Source: a virus (lineage: Duplodnaviria > Caudoviricetes). From it: 44,978 bases of DNA. Under the pieces are notes generated by a model that saw only the letters and a list, made by a program, of their open reading frames with translations, was not told the origin of the DNA and ran no database searches. The stretch covers positions 1 to 44,978 of the IMG/VR virus record IMGVR_UViG_3300018031_000011, one strand, 5' to 3'. Below are positions 10,622-19,981 of the stretch, in pieces (the stretch's first letter is position 1; each line of letters begins with the position of its first letter). A program made the position numbers and the translations under genes.

Positions 10622-10837
10622 ATGGGACCTAAGAGTTTACTCGTGCGCGTGCTGATGATCCTATTGGCAATCGCGTTCGTCGTGCTATGCTACTACGTTA
10701 CTATTTGGGTACTGGGCCTGCTTGGTATTCATATTCCGCAGAACATCTTGAACGTGATATTCGTCATCATCGGCCTGTTGGCCGCAATATGGGCACTAAC
10801 TGGACAGCTTGACGTCTGGTTCGTTAAGGGGCAGTGA
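10622..10837 (+). CDS. Small two-TM membrane protein
   Basis: AGGAGG RBS; two hydrophobic helices separated by HIPQN. Confidence 0.7.
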   Translation: MGPKSLLVRVLMILLAIAFVVLCYYVTIWVLGLLGIHIPQNILNVIFVIIGLLAAIWALTGQLDVWFVKGQ

Positions 10838-11574
10838 TGCCAACGAAACGTTTTCCAAGACTGCCAGAGCCTCCGAATCAAGCCCCTATGTGGCAGGATG
10901 AGGAGAACGATCCGTACCAGGGCATCGTCTCGCATCGCGGCTATGACATGCATACGATGCGAGAGTTCCCTGCACCATTCGATACCGATCCTGGTCTATC
11001 GGGCGAGGGCGATGACTTACCGGGACTACAAGAACCCGGCGAGATGTTTGGCATGCCACTAATAGATGAGGCTAAAATGCAACAACGTGATCCTCGTATC
11101 GATGCCATTGAACAAATGGCCCGTCAAGGTCAAGTCCAGCGTCCAGGAATGAAAACTGAGCAGGACTTGGAAGCTTTTGGTAAACAATATGGTATGCCGA
11201 GTGAGCAAGAGCGTTTGGCTGCTCCACAGCGCCGGACACTTGGGGATATGATGGGCATGCCGTTCGGTGGGCAAGGTACGCCTGATGAATTAGCGGAGGC
11301 CGACGCCACAGCAAAGATGAGCGATGAAGATCTGCTATCGCAAGTACAGAAACAGATGAATCGTCCGATGGATGCACAAGGGAACGATCCCATACCGCCT
11401 CCTGTGCAAGACCCGCCTGATATGTGGCCATCTACACCTGAGGAGTTCAAACAAAAGTACGGCCGCGCTCCTGCCACTGATGATGAAATAGCCCATTATT
11501 ATGGCGATGTAGAAGATGACTATCCTACCGACGAACCGACTAACGAGGACGATATGCGACGTGGGAGGTACTGA
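10834..11574 (+). CDS. Hypothetical Pro/Asp/Glu/Met-rich protein
   Basis: 246 aa low complexity; overlaps both neighbours. Confidence 0.7.
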   Translation: MMPTKRFPRLPEPPNQAPMWQDEENDPYQGIVSHRGYDMHTMREFPAPFDTDPGLSGEGDDLPGLQEPGEMFGMPLIDEAKMQQRDPRIDAIEQMARQGQVQRPGMKTEQDLEAFGKQYGMPSEQERLAAPQRRTLGDMMGMPFGGQGTPDELAEADATAKMSDEDLLSQVQKQMNRPMDAQGNDPIPPPVQDPPDMWPSTPEEFKQKYGRAPATDDEIAHYYGDVEDDYPTDEPTNEDDMRRGRY

Positions 11575-12077
11575 TGAATCCGGCAATCCTAAAAGAAATT
11601 ACCGATCTGTTAATGGCACAGGAACGTCCTGGCAACCCGTTCCCAGGTCGACGCGGGGCTCCTGACATGCCATCACCGCGTGATGAAAAACGCTTGGCAC
11701 GAGAGCCTACCGACGACAATCTCCAGCACTTCATGGACGTGTTCGGCGAGGAGGCGCTCGGCAATGCAGGCCGCAAGAAGTCCGGTCCAAGTCCTGGCTA
11801 CACGCCACAACCGCGGCCTCGGTATCCTGACGTAGAATCCGACATCATGGGTGGGTATACGCCGAAATCGATGGACGAAATTCAACAACAAGGTGCTGAC
11901 TTTCGTCCACAAGACCTCGATCGTATGCGCAGAGAACGTTCACAGTACCAAGACGATGTTGAACGTGAGACTGGAACATATCCAGATGATGCTGAGCGGC
12001 CCACCGCACCTGGAATGAACGACGAGGAAATTCAAGAACTGATCCAGCGCGGACTTGCTCCTCCACGCCGTCGTTAA
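11574..12077 (+). CDS. Hypothetical Pro/acidic protein
   Basis: 167 aa; GGAGG RBS; TGATG overlap. Confidence 0.7.
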   Translation: MNPAILKEITDLLMAQERPGNPFPGRRGAPDMPSPRDEKRLAREPTDDNLQHFMDVFGEEALGNAGRKKSGPSPGYTPQPRPRYPDVESDIMGGYTPKSMDEIQQQGADFRPQDLDRMRRERSQYQDDVERETGTYPDDAERPTAPGMNDEEIQELIQRGLAPPRRR

Positions 12078-12092
12078 CTGTGTGAGTCACAC

Positions 12093-15000
12093 ATGCCGTA
12101 CAAGCTCAAGATCACAGGTCCCGGACCCCAGGATTTCGAATGGGTCTGGGAAGACACGCCAACGGAATTGCCGCCGGTCGATCTTCCTGAGTGGCCGGCA
12201 CTTCCACGTGCTGCTGAAGGCGATATTGAAACTCCGCTCGGGAAAGAAGAAGCTCCGGCAGATGCTCCTGCGGCTGCTGGTGAACAGACATCGCCTTCTC
12301 GTGAGGCAATGCGGCCACGGATAAGGATCACACCACGCGAACGTGATAACGTAGGACCGGTCGATCCTCGTTCTATTGTGCCTGATGCTATAGACAACGT
12401 ATTCCCAGAACCGCCGCGCGTGAGTATGGCTGACGACTTGCCTATTCCTACAATGCAGCAGGTGAATGAGCCCGAACCTGTCAGGTCAATGGACCCGCTG
12501 CGCCAGTTATACTCGTCAGTGGTGTCGTCGCCGGCCACAGCTATATATGATACTGGTGCAACTATCGCCGAGAACATGGGACCTGCTGCCGCTTTAGCTG
12601 CGCGTGTGCCATACCGTACTGCACGAGAAATGCCGACGCCTGATATCTACAAGGCTGCTGGAGATTTCTTACGTCGTGCCGGAGCGTCAGCGCGTAGTCA
12701 AACACGGAACTGGTTCGGTGCAGCAGAGGAGCCGCCAGATGTCTTTTCTCGGACTGGTCGAACTGTCGGTGAAAGCATTGTCCCGTATGGTAAAGCCCCA
12801 GCCCTTACCTCCGCAATCGTCGGAGGTACCAATACCGCTGTCAATGAGGCGCGTCGTGCCGTTAAGAATTCCTCTATTACTGACTTTGAAGTGCCTCCTG
12901 GGTGGGTCTCCGGGGGCTTCGTCAGCCCTGCGATGGCTGCTCCGAATCAGTTTGATGCACCTCCTGCGAATTATACGGTAATGGAGACTGTCGGTGGTCC
13001 CAAAAAGGTATCAAACACTGAACTCGCCGCGGTTGGTTCCATTGTGCTCGCGACTGCGGGAATGGTATTTGGGCCGCGCATCTATCGCCGCTTTCGATCC
13101 GGAGACTTGCCGAGTATGCGTCCTGTTGCGGATGCACCGCGCGGCACGTTTGCAATTAGTAAGCCCGGCGACTTGGCACGTACCTACGATGATGCAAACG
13201 CGGGAGCGATGCGTCTGCTGCGTCGCACAGGTATCGATCCAGTGGCTGCCCGCGAAGTCGAAACAACTATGCGTATCCAGACCAGAGCTACAGCCAACGC
13301 AATGGCCGATTCTGCTATCAATGCCGGGCGCATGGAGACTCCAGCTTTCACCTTCGCCTCCCGAGTCCCATTAGCACGCCTCGCTCCATTGGAAACTCCT
13401 GAGGTGCGCAACTATCTTCACCTTATGGACACTCTCGACGATCTGCGTGCACACAGTCTGTACATGCTCAATCGTCGGATGCCGGGCACGCCTGTCGTGC
13501 GCGGTACAGACCAAATCACAGGCGGCGCAACTCGACGTGCTATGGAGGCAGCCAATCCAGAAGTCGTACAAATAGCTCGTGAGTATTGGGACATTACGCG
13601 TAACCTACGGAACTTCGAAGCCACTGGCGAATATGCAACCGTGTCTCGATCACAGAACGCACACCTCAAGCGCTCGCGGCCGCATGAAGTGCCTATGCAT
13701 CCTCGTCAAATAGGCGACGATTTCGAGCGTGGTAGCGCTGTCGAGTCACTTGCCGATGACATGCGCAATCGAATTCGTGCTCGTCTCGAAAACGAAGCCA
13801 AAGGCAAATATGTCGACGCAGCCAATCGGACTATGCCAAATCTATTCACTCGTGTTGATGCTGCAGCCCTGCACGATAACCCGCGTTGGCGCCGTAACAC
13901 GGTAGAATTCAAACGTCGCGGCGTGACTGAAACCTATGTCACCGATCCGTTCCTCGCTGACGTTCTGCGCATGGACCCGTACTACATCATGGGCAATGCA
14001 GCCGGTTTCTTATATGGTACGAAGCGTCTCCTAGAAGTATCAACAACAGGCGAATTGGCACCATGGTTTGCCATCACTAGCCCCATTCGTAGTTGGGGTA
14101 TTGGCAAGTTCACTGCTGAGCCTGGAATGCGTAGCCCTACAGCCCTAGGAACAGTCGCTGCCATTCCAAGGCAGGTTGCTCCACAAGTGGCAAATTCTGT
14201 CGCAGGTATGTTAGATCGAGGGAGTGGCGGATGGTTAGGACGTGTATTTGGTCAGGGGAACGTACAGGCTTTGAGTGCACGGCTGGCGAATGCTTATCAG
14301 AATTCTCTGTACTACCAACTGCAGACAGTCGGTGGTGGGCGTGGCTCCATCTTACAGCAGCAAACGACCGCTAATAATCGGTTGGCAAATGCTATCCGCT
14401 CAACTCAGGGACCTGGACGTGTATTCCTGGAAACCTATCGCTCTCTGCTCAACGCTTCACATAACGCAGCAGCCTTTGACTACGCCCGACGCAATAGTGG
14501 GAGGCTCATTCGCGACCGTATTCGTGGCCGCGGACCTGCCGTACCACTACCCGAGTTGGCTATGCGTGCTCGGCACATGACAGGCGACCCACGTATCGGC
14601 GGCGAATACTACACCAATACGCCAGGTAGCAAGGGCGGCGCCAATCCAATCCGTTTTGTGGACGAATCCAGCCGTGTGAATCACACACTTGGCGTCATCG
14701 CGAAGCAGTACGGCAAAGTCACCGAAGCCGGTCGTGTAGCCATTCCTTGGTACAACGCGACAACTCAAGGCGTGAAGCGTCTCGGCGAGGCGTATCTGGA
14801 CAACCCAGCCAAGTTCACAGCGCGTACGTGGCTGTACTACATCGCACCAACTGCAAGTCTGTACCTTGGTACTAAATCTCTTGGTAATGATCCGAACGGG
14901 CGCAGTTACATAGACTATGCACAGAACGGGCGCAGTGAATACAGCAAGACCATGAACTGGTACATACCAATCCCAGGACAGCCGGCTGAGAAGGGTATCG

Positions 15001-16109
15001 AGTTTCCGAAGTTTCACGAACTATCCATAGCAGCGCGCATGACCGATGTTGCCATGGATCACTTCATTGGGGACTCACCGTTCACTGAAGCTGAAGACAT
15101 GCGCAAGGCAGCCATGAGCGTTGCAGACGTTCTGTACCCGCCGATGCCTCCTATCATGGGCTATGGTTCAGCCATGGGCGGGTTCGTTCCCCCGCAAGGA
15201 CCTTTCGGCGGCGAAGGATATAAGCCGAATGTCGATCCGTTCGATCAGCTAGGCGGCATGTCTAAAGGTACAGAGATGTATGCACGAGCAGTCGCGCCAG
15301 GAATCGCAGACGTAATAGGGACAGGATATGCTGCTGCCACTCAAACGCCAGAAGGCTTCCTTGAAAAGTTGTGGAACGGAACCAAGGCATCCCTCCGACG
15401 AGTTGTCGAGAAGACTCCAATCGTGCGCAATATTCTTGGAGTTACTCCGGTGCGCACAGGTAACACGCCGGTCATGGAAGAATTGTTCGCCAAGAAAAAG
15501 GAAGTTGATGTACTCGCGAGGTTCATCAAGAAGTGGTCGGGTCAGGGCGGACTCATAGGCCGGGACAAGCCACCGTCTAAGGCCGGAGGTGCGGTAGCCG
15601 ATGAGTTGTTTGGGCCGCGACCCACACGACAGGCAGCCGGTTTGCCTCAGCCTGAACCGACTAATCCTCTCTACACAATGTTCGCGGAGGAGATATACAA
15701 CAAGACCATGCACGACGCTCCTGGAAAATCAGGCGGCATGGGGTACAAGTCCATGTGGGATCGATTCTACATGGCCACGGAACAAGTCCAACGTCTGCGC
15801 AAGACCAACGAGGGCAACAACGCTGTATGGGAACGTTACATACAGACGCAGCCTGAAGTGATCGATGAACTGAATAAGAACAAAATCAATCCGCGAGATA
15901 TCAAATCCGTGCGCAACTACTATGAGTACCAACGACAGAACATTGCACGGGTCATTCTTTCGAAGATTCGAGAGGTGGAGCAGGATTTCTCTCAGCGTCT
16001 AGGTCGTAAGATAACCTTAAAAGATTTGGACCCTTATAAGGCTGGTCTGAAAGAGGGCGGGAGTTCCGACTTGGTAGACACTCTGCCCGATGTCGGAACT
16101 CCGCAGTAG
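12093..16109 (+). CDS. Large internal virion / ejection protein
   Basis: 1338 aa; last gene of the late block, the position of T7 gp16-like ejection proteins. Confidence 0.6.
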   Translation: MPYKLKITGPGPQDFEWVWEDTPTELPPVDLPEWPALPRAAEGDIETPLGKEEAPADAPAAAGEQTSPSREAMRPRIRITPRERDNVGPVDPRSIVPDAIDNVFPEPPRVSMADDLPIPTMQQVNEPEPVRSMDPLRQLYSSVVSSPATAIYDTGATIAENMGPAAALAARVPYRTAREMPTPDIYKAAGDFLRRAGASARSQTRNWFGAAEEPPDVFSRTGRTVGESIVPYGKAPALTSAIVGGTNTAVNEARRAVKNSSITDFEVPPGWVSGGFVSPAMAAPNQFDAPPANYTVMETVGGPKKVSNTELAAVGSIVLATAGMVFGPRIYRRFRSGDLPSMRPVADAPRGTFAISKPGDLARTYDDANAGAMRLLRRTGIDPVAAREVETTMRIQTRATANAMADSAINAGRMETPAFTFASRVPLARLAPLETPEVRNYLHLMDTLDDLRAHSLYMLNRRMPGTPVVRGTDQITGGATRRAMEAANPEVVQIAREYWDITRNLRNFEATGEYATVSRSQNAHLKRSRPHEVPMHPRQIGDDFERGSAVESLADDMRNRIRARLENEAKGKYVDAANRTMPNLFTRVDAAALHDNPRWRRNTVEFKRRGVTETYVTDPFLADVLRMDPYYIMGNAAGFLYGTKRLLEVSTTGELAPWFAITSPIRSWGIGKFTAEPGMRSPTALGTVAAIPRQVAPQVANSVAGMLDRGSGGWLGRVFGQGNVQALSARLANAYQNSLYYQLQTVGGGRGSILQQQTTANNRLANAIRSTQGPGRVFLETYRSLLNASHNAAAFDYARRNSGRLIRDRIRGRGPAVPLPELAMRARHMTGDPRIGGEYYTNTPGSKGGANPIRFVDESSRVNHTLGVIAKQYGKVTEAGRVAIPWYNATTQGVKRLGEAYLDNPAKFTARTWLYYIAPTASLYLGTKSLGNDPNGRSYIDYAQNGRSEYSKTMNWYIPIPGQPAEKGIEFPKFHELSIAARMTDVAMDHFIGDSPFTEAEDMRKAAMSVADVLYPPMPPIMGYGSAMGGFVPPQGPFGGEGYKPNVDPFDQLGGMSKGTEMYARAVAPGIADVIGTGYAAATQTPEGFLEKLWNGTKASLRRVVEKTPIVRNILGVTPVRTGNTPVMEELFAKKKEVDVLARFIKKWSGQGGLIGRDKPPSKAGGAVADELFGPRPTRQAAGLPQPEPTNPLYTMFAEEIYNKTMHDAPGKSGGMGYKSMWDRFYMATEQVQRLRKTNEGNNAVWERYIQTQPEVIDELNKNKINPRDIKSVRNYYEYQRQNIARVILSKIREVEQDFSQRLGRKITLKDLDPYKAGLKEGGSSDLVDTLPDVGTPQ

Positions 16110-16117
16110 CGTGTGAC

Positions 16118-16471
16118 TCACACAATCTTGTGCTTCTTTCTCATGTACGCGGCCCAATTCTCCAGCTCTTTAATCGTTCCTTCCATGATGCGTTCGTCGC
16201 CTGGTGATACACCATCTCCTGGACTCAAGGTACTCATCATGGTCGAGAACAAGTGCTGTGCACCGCCCATGTAGGCATCGTATAGGTCCGTGAGCCTCGG
16301 ATCGTTATCAGGAATGTGCTTGTATAAACCTGCCCTAGCAACAATCCATCCGCTGAGCAAGATCAATCCGGATTCAACGGCTGCCTTGTTGATAACTGCC
16401 GAAACCAAAGTGACAACTGCGTCTCGCTTGTTCACGTTGCAACCTCCAGAATTTTGGTCGTGGCTCTCCAC
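16118..16471 (-). CDS. Hypothetical protein
   Basis: ORF track; its TGA stop lies inside palindrome 16111; the true start may be downstream of 16471. Confidence 0.6.
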   Translation of the reverse strand: MESHDQNSGGCNVNKRDAVVTLVSAVINKAAVESGLILLSGWIVARAGLYKHIPDNDPRLTDLYDAYMGGAQHLFSTMMSTLSPGDGVSPGDERIMEGTIKELENWAAYMRKKHKIV

Positions 16472-16680
16472 ACAGTGAACCGTCGCCCGCCACGCCTGCC
16501 AGACGCCGGTATGTTGAACTTCTGCACACGATCGTCAGCAGCCAAAAATTCTAGCTCCTGTTCCAATCGTTTGGCCGTTGCGAAGGCATCAAACTTCGTC
16601 ACGATCTGTGCCTGCTTCCGACCGATGACCCCGCCCTCGATAAGGAAATCGATCAATTTGCTTTGCCAGTCCATCACCAT
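16432..16680 (-). CDS. Small putative winged-helix DNA-binding protein
   Basis: AAGGAG RBS; helices followed by a basic GRRGGRRFTVWR wing. Confidence 0.55.
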   Translation of the reverse strand: MVMDWQSKLIDFLIEGGVIGRKQAQIVTKFDAFATAKRLEQELEFLAADDRVQKFNIPASGRRGGRRFTVWRATTKILEVAT

Positions 16681-16684
16681 CTCC

Positions 16685-19174
16685 TTATAGCTTGACTACT
16701 TTCATATCGGACCATCGATGTAGTCCTTTCGGGTCTTCTACGAACTTACGCTCCTTGTCGTCCCACGATGTAGGATAACTCATCTTAAGTTCTGCCGCGA
16801 TCGATAGTGGCTCGGGCTTCCTGCGTTTATACACATCTTGCAGTAGGATGGGTGTCTCGGCATGCTTCATCATAATTTTGAGGCAGGTCTTCGCGTACTT
16901 CGGCGCCGAGATCGCGACAAGGTTATCGTGTACATCGATGGCAATCCGAGCGTACATATAGTCAGGCCATTCATCGTCTGCTTCGGATTGATACCAAACC
17001 TGAATAACTTTATCTCCAATCGTCGATTGGGGATAGAAGGCGATGATCGAATCGAGGACATCATCGTCGATTCTCTGTACGATCTTAAGTCTTCGGCCGA
17101 AAGGGTTATAGATCGCTCTCGTTTCACGGAATCCCTTCTCCTCTGCTACCCACCATTCTTGCAACTCTGGCGTAATCGAATGATAGAGCGTAAACGCTTT
17201 GGCTGACTGATGATACGGAAGGCCCGTGACTTGCGAAAGTCGGTAACGCTCCATCCGATAATTAAGGCCATGACGGCAACGCTTAGCAATGTAACGCTTC
17301 GTAGGCTGGAGTTGGTCATCCCAATCCCTCGTCGGTATCTGATCGTACGGTATCTTGAACATCTCAGATGCTAGCGCTCGGTGGCAGTCGTACGACCCAT
17401 CCTTCCGCGCTCTCGCAAACTGGGCCTTCCATATGGGGATGTCCGCTCTAAATGATACGACTTGAGCTTCGGCCTGGGCAAGATCGAAATACAACAGCAC
17501 GCACCCTGGGTCAGCAACGTACATTCCGCGTGCTCGCATGGGCTGGTTTTGCATATTGCCACCGTCTTTTTCGACGAGTAGCTGAGAAGAAGAGAGACGG
17601 CCAGGAGCCCGACTGACTCCGAACTGCTTGTATTCGCATCGAAAACGACCGTCATCGGACACACGACTTTCAGCATATGTTCCACGGAATTTGTCCTCCT
17701 CTTTCCACTTGTCAAGCGATGCCAGCATCTCTTTACAGATAGCCGGCGTGCGAGGGTTCTTGATTATTTCTTTTCGATTAGCTTCATCTGTGGAGCGCCC
17801 CCTGCCTTCAAGTTTGAGAACCTCGAAGAACAGATGCTGCAACTGCTGCCACGAACCGGGATTAACCTCGTAACTCTCGTCTCCTGTAGCCTCACGGACA
17901 AGACGAAGGAATTCAGCTTCGCATTTGTCAACGTCCTCGCGCACCAACTCGCCAATTCTGTCTTTAACTGCGAGGTCAACTGCCACGCCGTGCACCGTCG
18001 AGCGATATAGATGGGGCTGTGCCCGCATGATGTGATTAAAGAAGACTTTGTCCATTCCCTGCTTATGGAGTTGAGTGTCCAGCTTTTCATAACTGGCATA
18101 CGTAAGCGCCGAGTCTTTACAGTTGTATCTCCAAAAGGTGTCGATGTCACTTTGTTCTCCCCATGATTCAACGTCATCTTTGTAGTACGGATGGTTAGTG
18201 TATTGCGCAACTATGAATGCCAACGAATGTGGTAGTAGTGGGTACAGTGCGTGATGCGCCAGCAATGTATCGAACCAGAAGTCTATCCTTAGCAATTGGT
18301 GCATCCACGAATAGTACGCATCGAATTGACAGTTCTGTCCGATCATCGCGTGTGAATCACACAGTTCCTGGATCGCGTATAGTATGTCTGTCTCCTGCGA
18401 TACCGTGAACCTATTTTTCGTCAGGTCCCTGAAGTTGATGCACATGGCCCTGTGTGGATTGTTCGACAGGCCAATGCACGCCATCTCCTTATTGATCGCC
18501 TCGACGTCCAACGCGATTGGTCTGTCCACTTTTCTTAGGTCTCTTATAAAAGACATGGCCTCCTTATACGTAGGATTTATAATTTCTTCTATGCGATGTG
18601 GTACGAATTTCCCGTCCCTTGCCAGCATCGCCTTCTTCAGGTCCATGATGAAGAAAGGCTCGAAGCGCGGCTCGCGTCCCGGCAACACGTAGGCCGGATT
18701 GAATGTGCATGCCACGTGGCCATCTCGTCCATTGGGTAGCTCCATCGGCAAAATGGAGCCACGCCATTTGGTAATGCCGTCCAGTCCTGCGACGGCCTGT
18801 AAAGCATAGTTGCCTAGGCACACAATCACCTTCGCGTTCTTGAGTTGTGACAGTTCCCATTGCGTAAGGTCGATCCACTTGTCGAGCTCATCCTGTCCGA
18901 CGGCGTACTTTTCTTTATCCTTACCTGAACCAGCAATCTGCCTTTTAACCACATTTGTTGCGTATACTCTTTCCCTCTGGTACCCTTCACGACCTGCGGC
19001 TTCCCATAGGAGATTCCCTGAAGCTCCCACGAAGGGCTTCCTTCTGCGTATCTCAGTTTCTCCAGGGCCTTCTCCGATAAATACGATCTCTGCATTTTGC
19101 GGGCCATCTGAGAATACCTCCACGTTCAGACGCATGTCCGATGCTTGGCACTCGAAATCATACTGCAATGTCAT
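16685..19174 (-). CDS. polA: Family A DNA polymerase with N-terminal uracil-DNA-glycosylase-like domain and 3'-5' exonuclease
   Basis: UDG family-4-like GEGPG..PFVGASG..TNVVK; Exo I LDVE, Exo II NCQFD, Exo III YNCKD; Pol motifs A DLAQAE, B RYIAKRCRHGLNY, C VHD. Confidence 0.93.
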   Translation of the reverse strand: MTLQYDFECQASDMRLNVEVFSDGPQNAEIVFIGEGPGETEIRRRKPFVGASGNLLWEAAGREGYQRERVYATNVVKRQIAGSGKDKEKYAVGQDELDKWIDLTQWELSQLKNAKVIVCLGNYALQAVAGLDGITKWRGSILPMELPNGRDGHVACTFNPAYVLPGREPRFEPFFIMDLKKAMLARDGKFVPHRIEEIINPTYKEAMSFIRDLRKVDRPIALDVEAINKEMACIGLSNNPHRAMCINFRDLTKNRFTVSQETDILYAIQELCDSHAMIGQNCQFDAYYSWMHQLLRIDFWFDTLLAHHALYPLLPHSLAFIVAQYTNHPYYKDDVESWGEQSDIDTFWRYNCKDSALTYASYEKLDTQLHKQGMDKVFFNHIMRAQPHLYRSTVHGVAVDLAVKDRIGELVREDVDKCEAEFLRLVREATGDESYEVNPGSWQQLQHLFFEVLKLEGRGRSTDEANRKEIIKNPRTPAICKEMLASLDKWKEEDKFRGTYAESRVSDDGRFRCEYKQFGVSRAPGRLSSSQLLVEKDGGNMQNQPMRARGMYVADPGCVLLYFDLAQAEAQVVSFRADIPIWKAQFARARKDGSYDCHRALASEMFKIPYDQIPTRDWDDQLQPTKRYIAKRCRHGLNYRMERYRLSQVTGLPYHQSAKAFTLYHSITPELQEWWVAEEKGFRETRAIYNPFGRRLKIVQRIDDDVLDSIIAFYPQSTIGDKVIQVWYQSEADDEWPDYMYARIAIDVHDNLVAISAPKYAKTCLKIMMKHAETPILLQDVYKRRKPEPLSIAAELKMSYPTSWDDKERKFVEDPKGLHRWSDMKVVKL

Positions 19175-19722
19175 CGGTTGTTTCCTACAATGTACTTAGC
19201 CAACTCACCAACCTTCACCCATACCTCAGCGAACGATCCGTTGTTTGATAACGTCCAATCATACGGATCAACAAACCCGCGGGAGTCGCCGCTGAAACTC
19301 TTGCCTTCCCTGTATACTTGTATCACGAGTCGATTAGGTACAGCGCGAATCTCATCAGGGAAGCCGCCGTCATCAATTATTACAAACTTTGGCTGTTTGT
19401 GTGGATGCTTCAACGAACGGTACACAAGCCACTTGGCGAATATATCACTCCCGTACACTTCCTTACAGTGATCTTCTGCCAACCCTATCAGTCCTTGTCG
19501 CACCGATCGTCCAGACAGTTCTGCTCGCGGCATCTCCTTATTCATACTGGCGTACTTCTCGGCAAGGGCTGCTGCAAAGAAATGCTTCAGCGGTGCGCTG
19601 AATGAATCGGATATAACTTCGTCAGGACGACCCAACTCATGGCGCATTGCACGGATCAACTCGACTGATATCGAAGTTTTCCCAGACCCAGGCGGCCCGT
19701 TCAGTATGATGTAGCGGATCAT
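19171..19722 (-). CDS. P-loop kinase, deoxynucleoside monophosphate kinase-like
   Basis: NGPPGSGKT Walker A; FSAPLK, R..LI.LAE and IIDDGGFPDE resemble phage dNMP kinases. Confidence 0.75.
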   Translation of the reverse strand: MIRYIILNGPPGSGKTSISVELIRAMRHELGRPDEVISDSFSAPLKHFFAAALAEKYASMNKEMPRAELSGRSVRQGLIGLAEDHCKEVYGSDIFAKWLVYRSLKHPHKQPKFVIIDDGGFPDEIRAVPNRLVIQVYREGKSFSGDSRGFVDPYDWTLSNNGSFAEVWVKVGELAKYIVGNNR

Positions 19723-19819
19723 TCTCGCCTCCCATGAAGATGAATGCAGCGACCAACACGATCGCGATGAGTGCCCCTGTGGAGTTGGCTTGCAGTTCCT
19801 GTGCCTGTTCTGGTGTCAT
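19637..19819 (-). CDS. Small membrane protein
   Basis: ATG 2 nt after palindrome 19822; hydrophobic LIAIVLVAAFIFM; 3' end overlaps the kinase gene. Confidence 0.5.
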   Translation of the reverse strand: MTPEQAQELQANSTGALIAIVLVAAFIFMGGENDPLHHTERAAWVWENFDISRVDPCNAP

Positions 19820-19828
19820 CTGTGTGAC

Positions 19829-19981
19829 TCACACGATCCGGATTAGTAACAGGAACGCAACTGCTACTGCGATGGGCACGATGATCATGGACAGCCATAG
19901 CGGTGTTGCCATGATCATCGCACGTCCAGGATGGAAGCCAGTCCTGCGATAGTAGTAGTAACGCCGTTCGAAGGTATGCAT
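19829..19981 (-). CDS. Small membrane protein
   Basis: TAATG coupling to the helicase stop; GAGG RBS; C-terminal TM; stop inside the palindrome. Confidence 0.55.
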   Translation of the reverse strand: MHTFERRYYYYRRTGFHPGRAMIMATPLWLSMIIVPIAVAVAFLLLIRIV

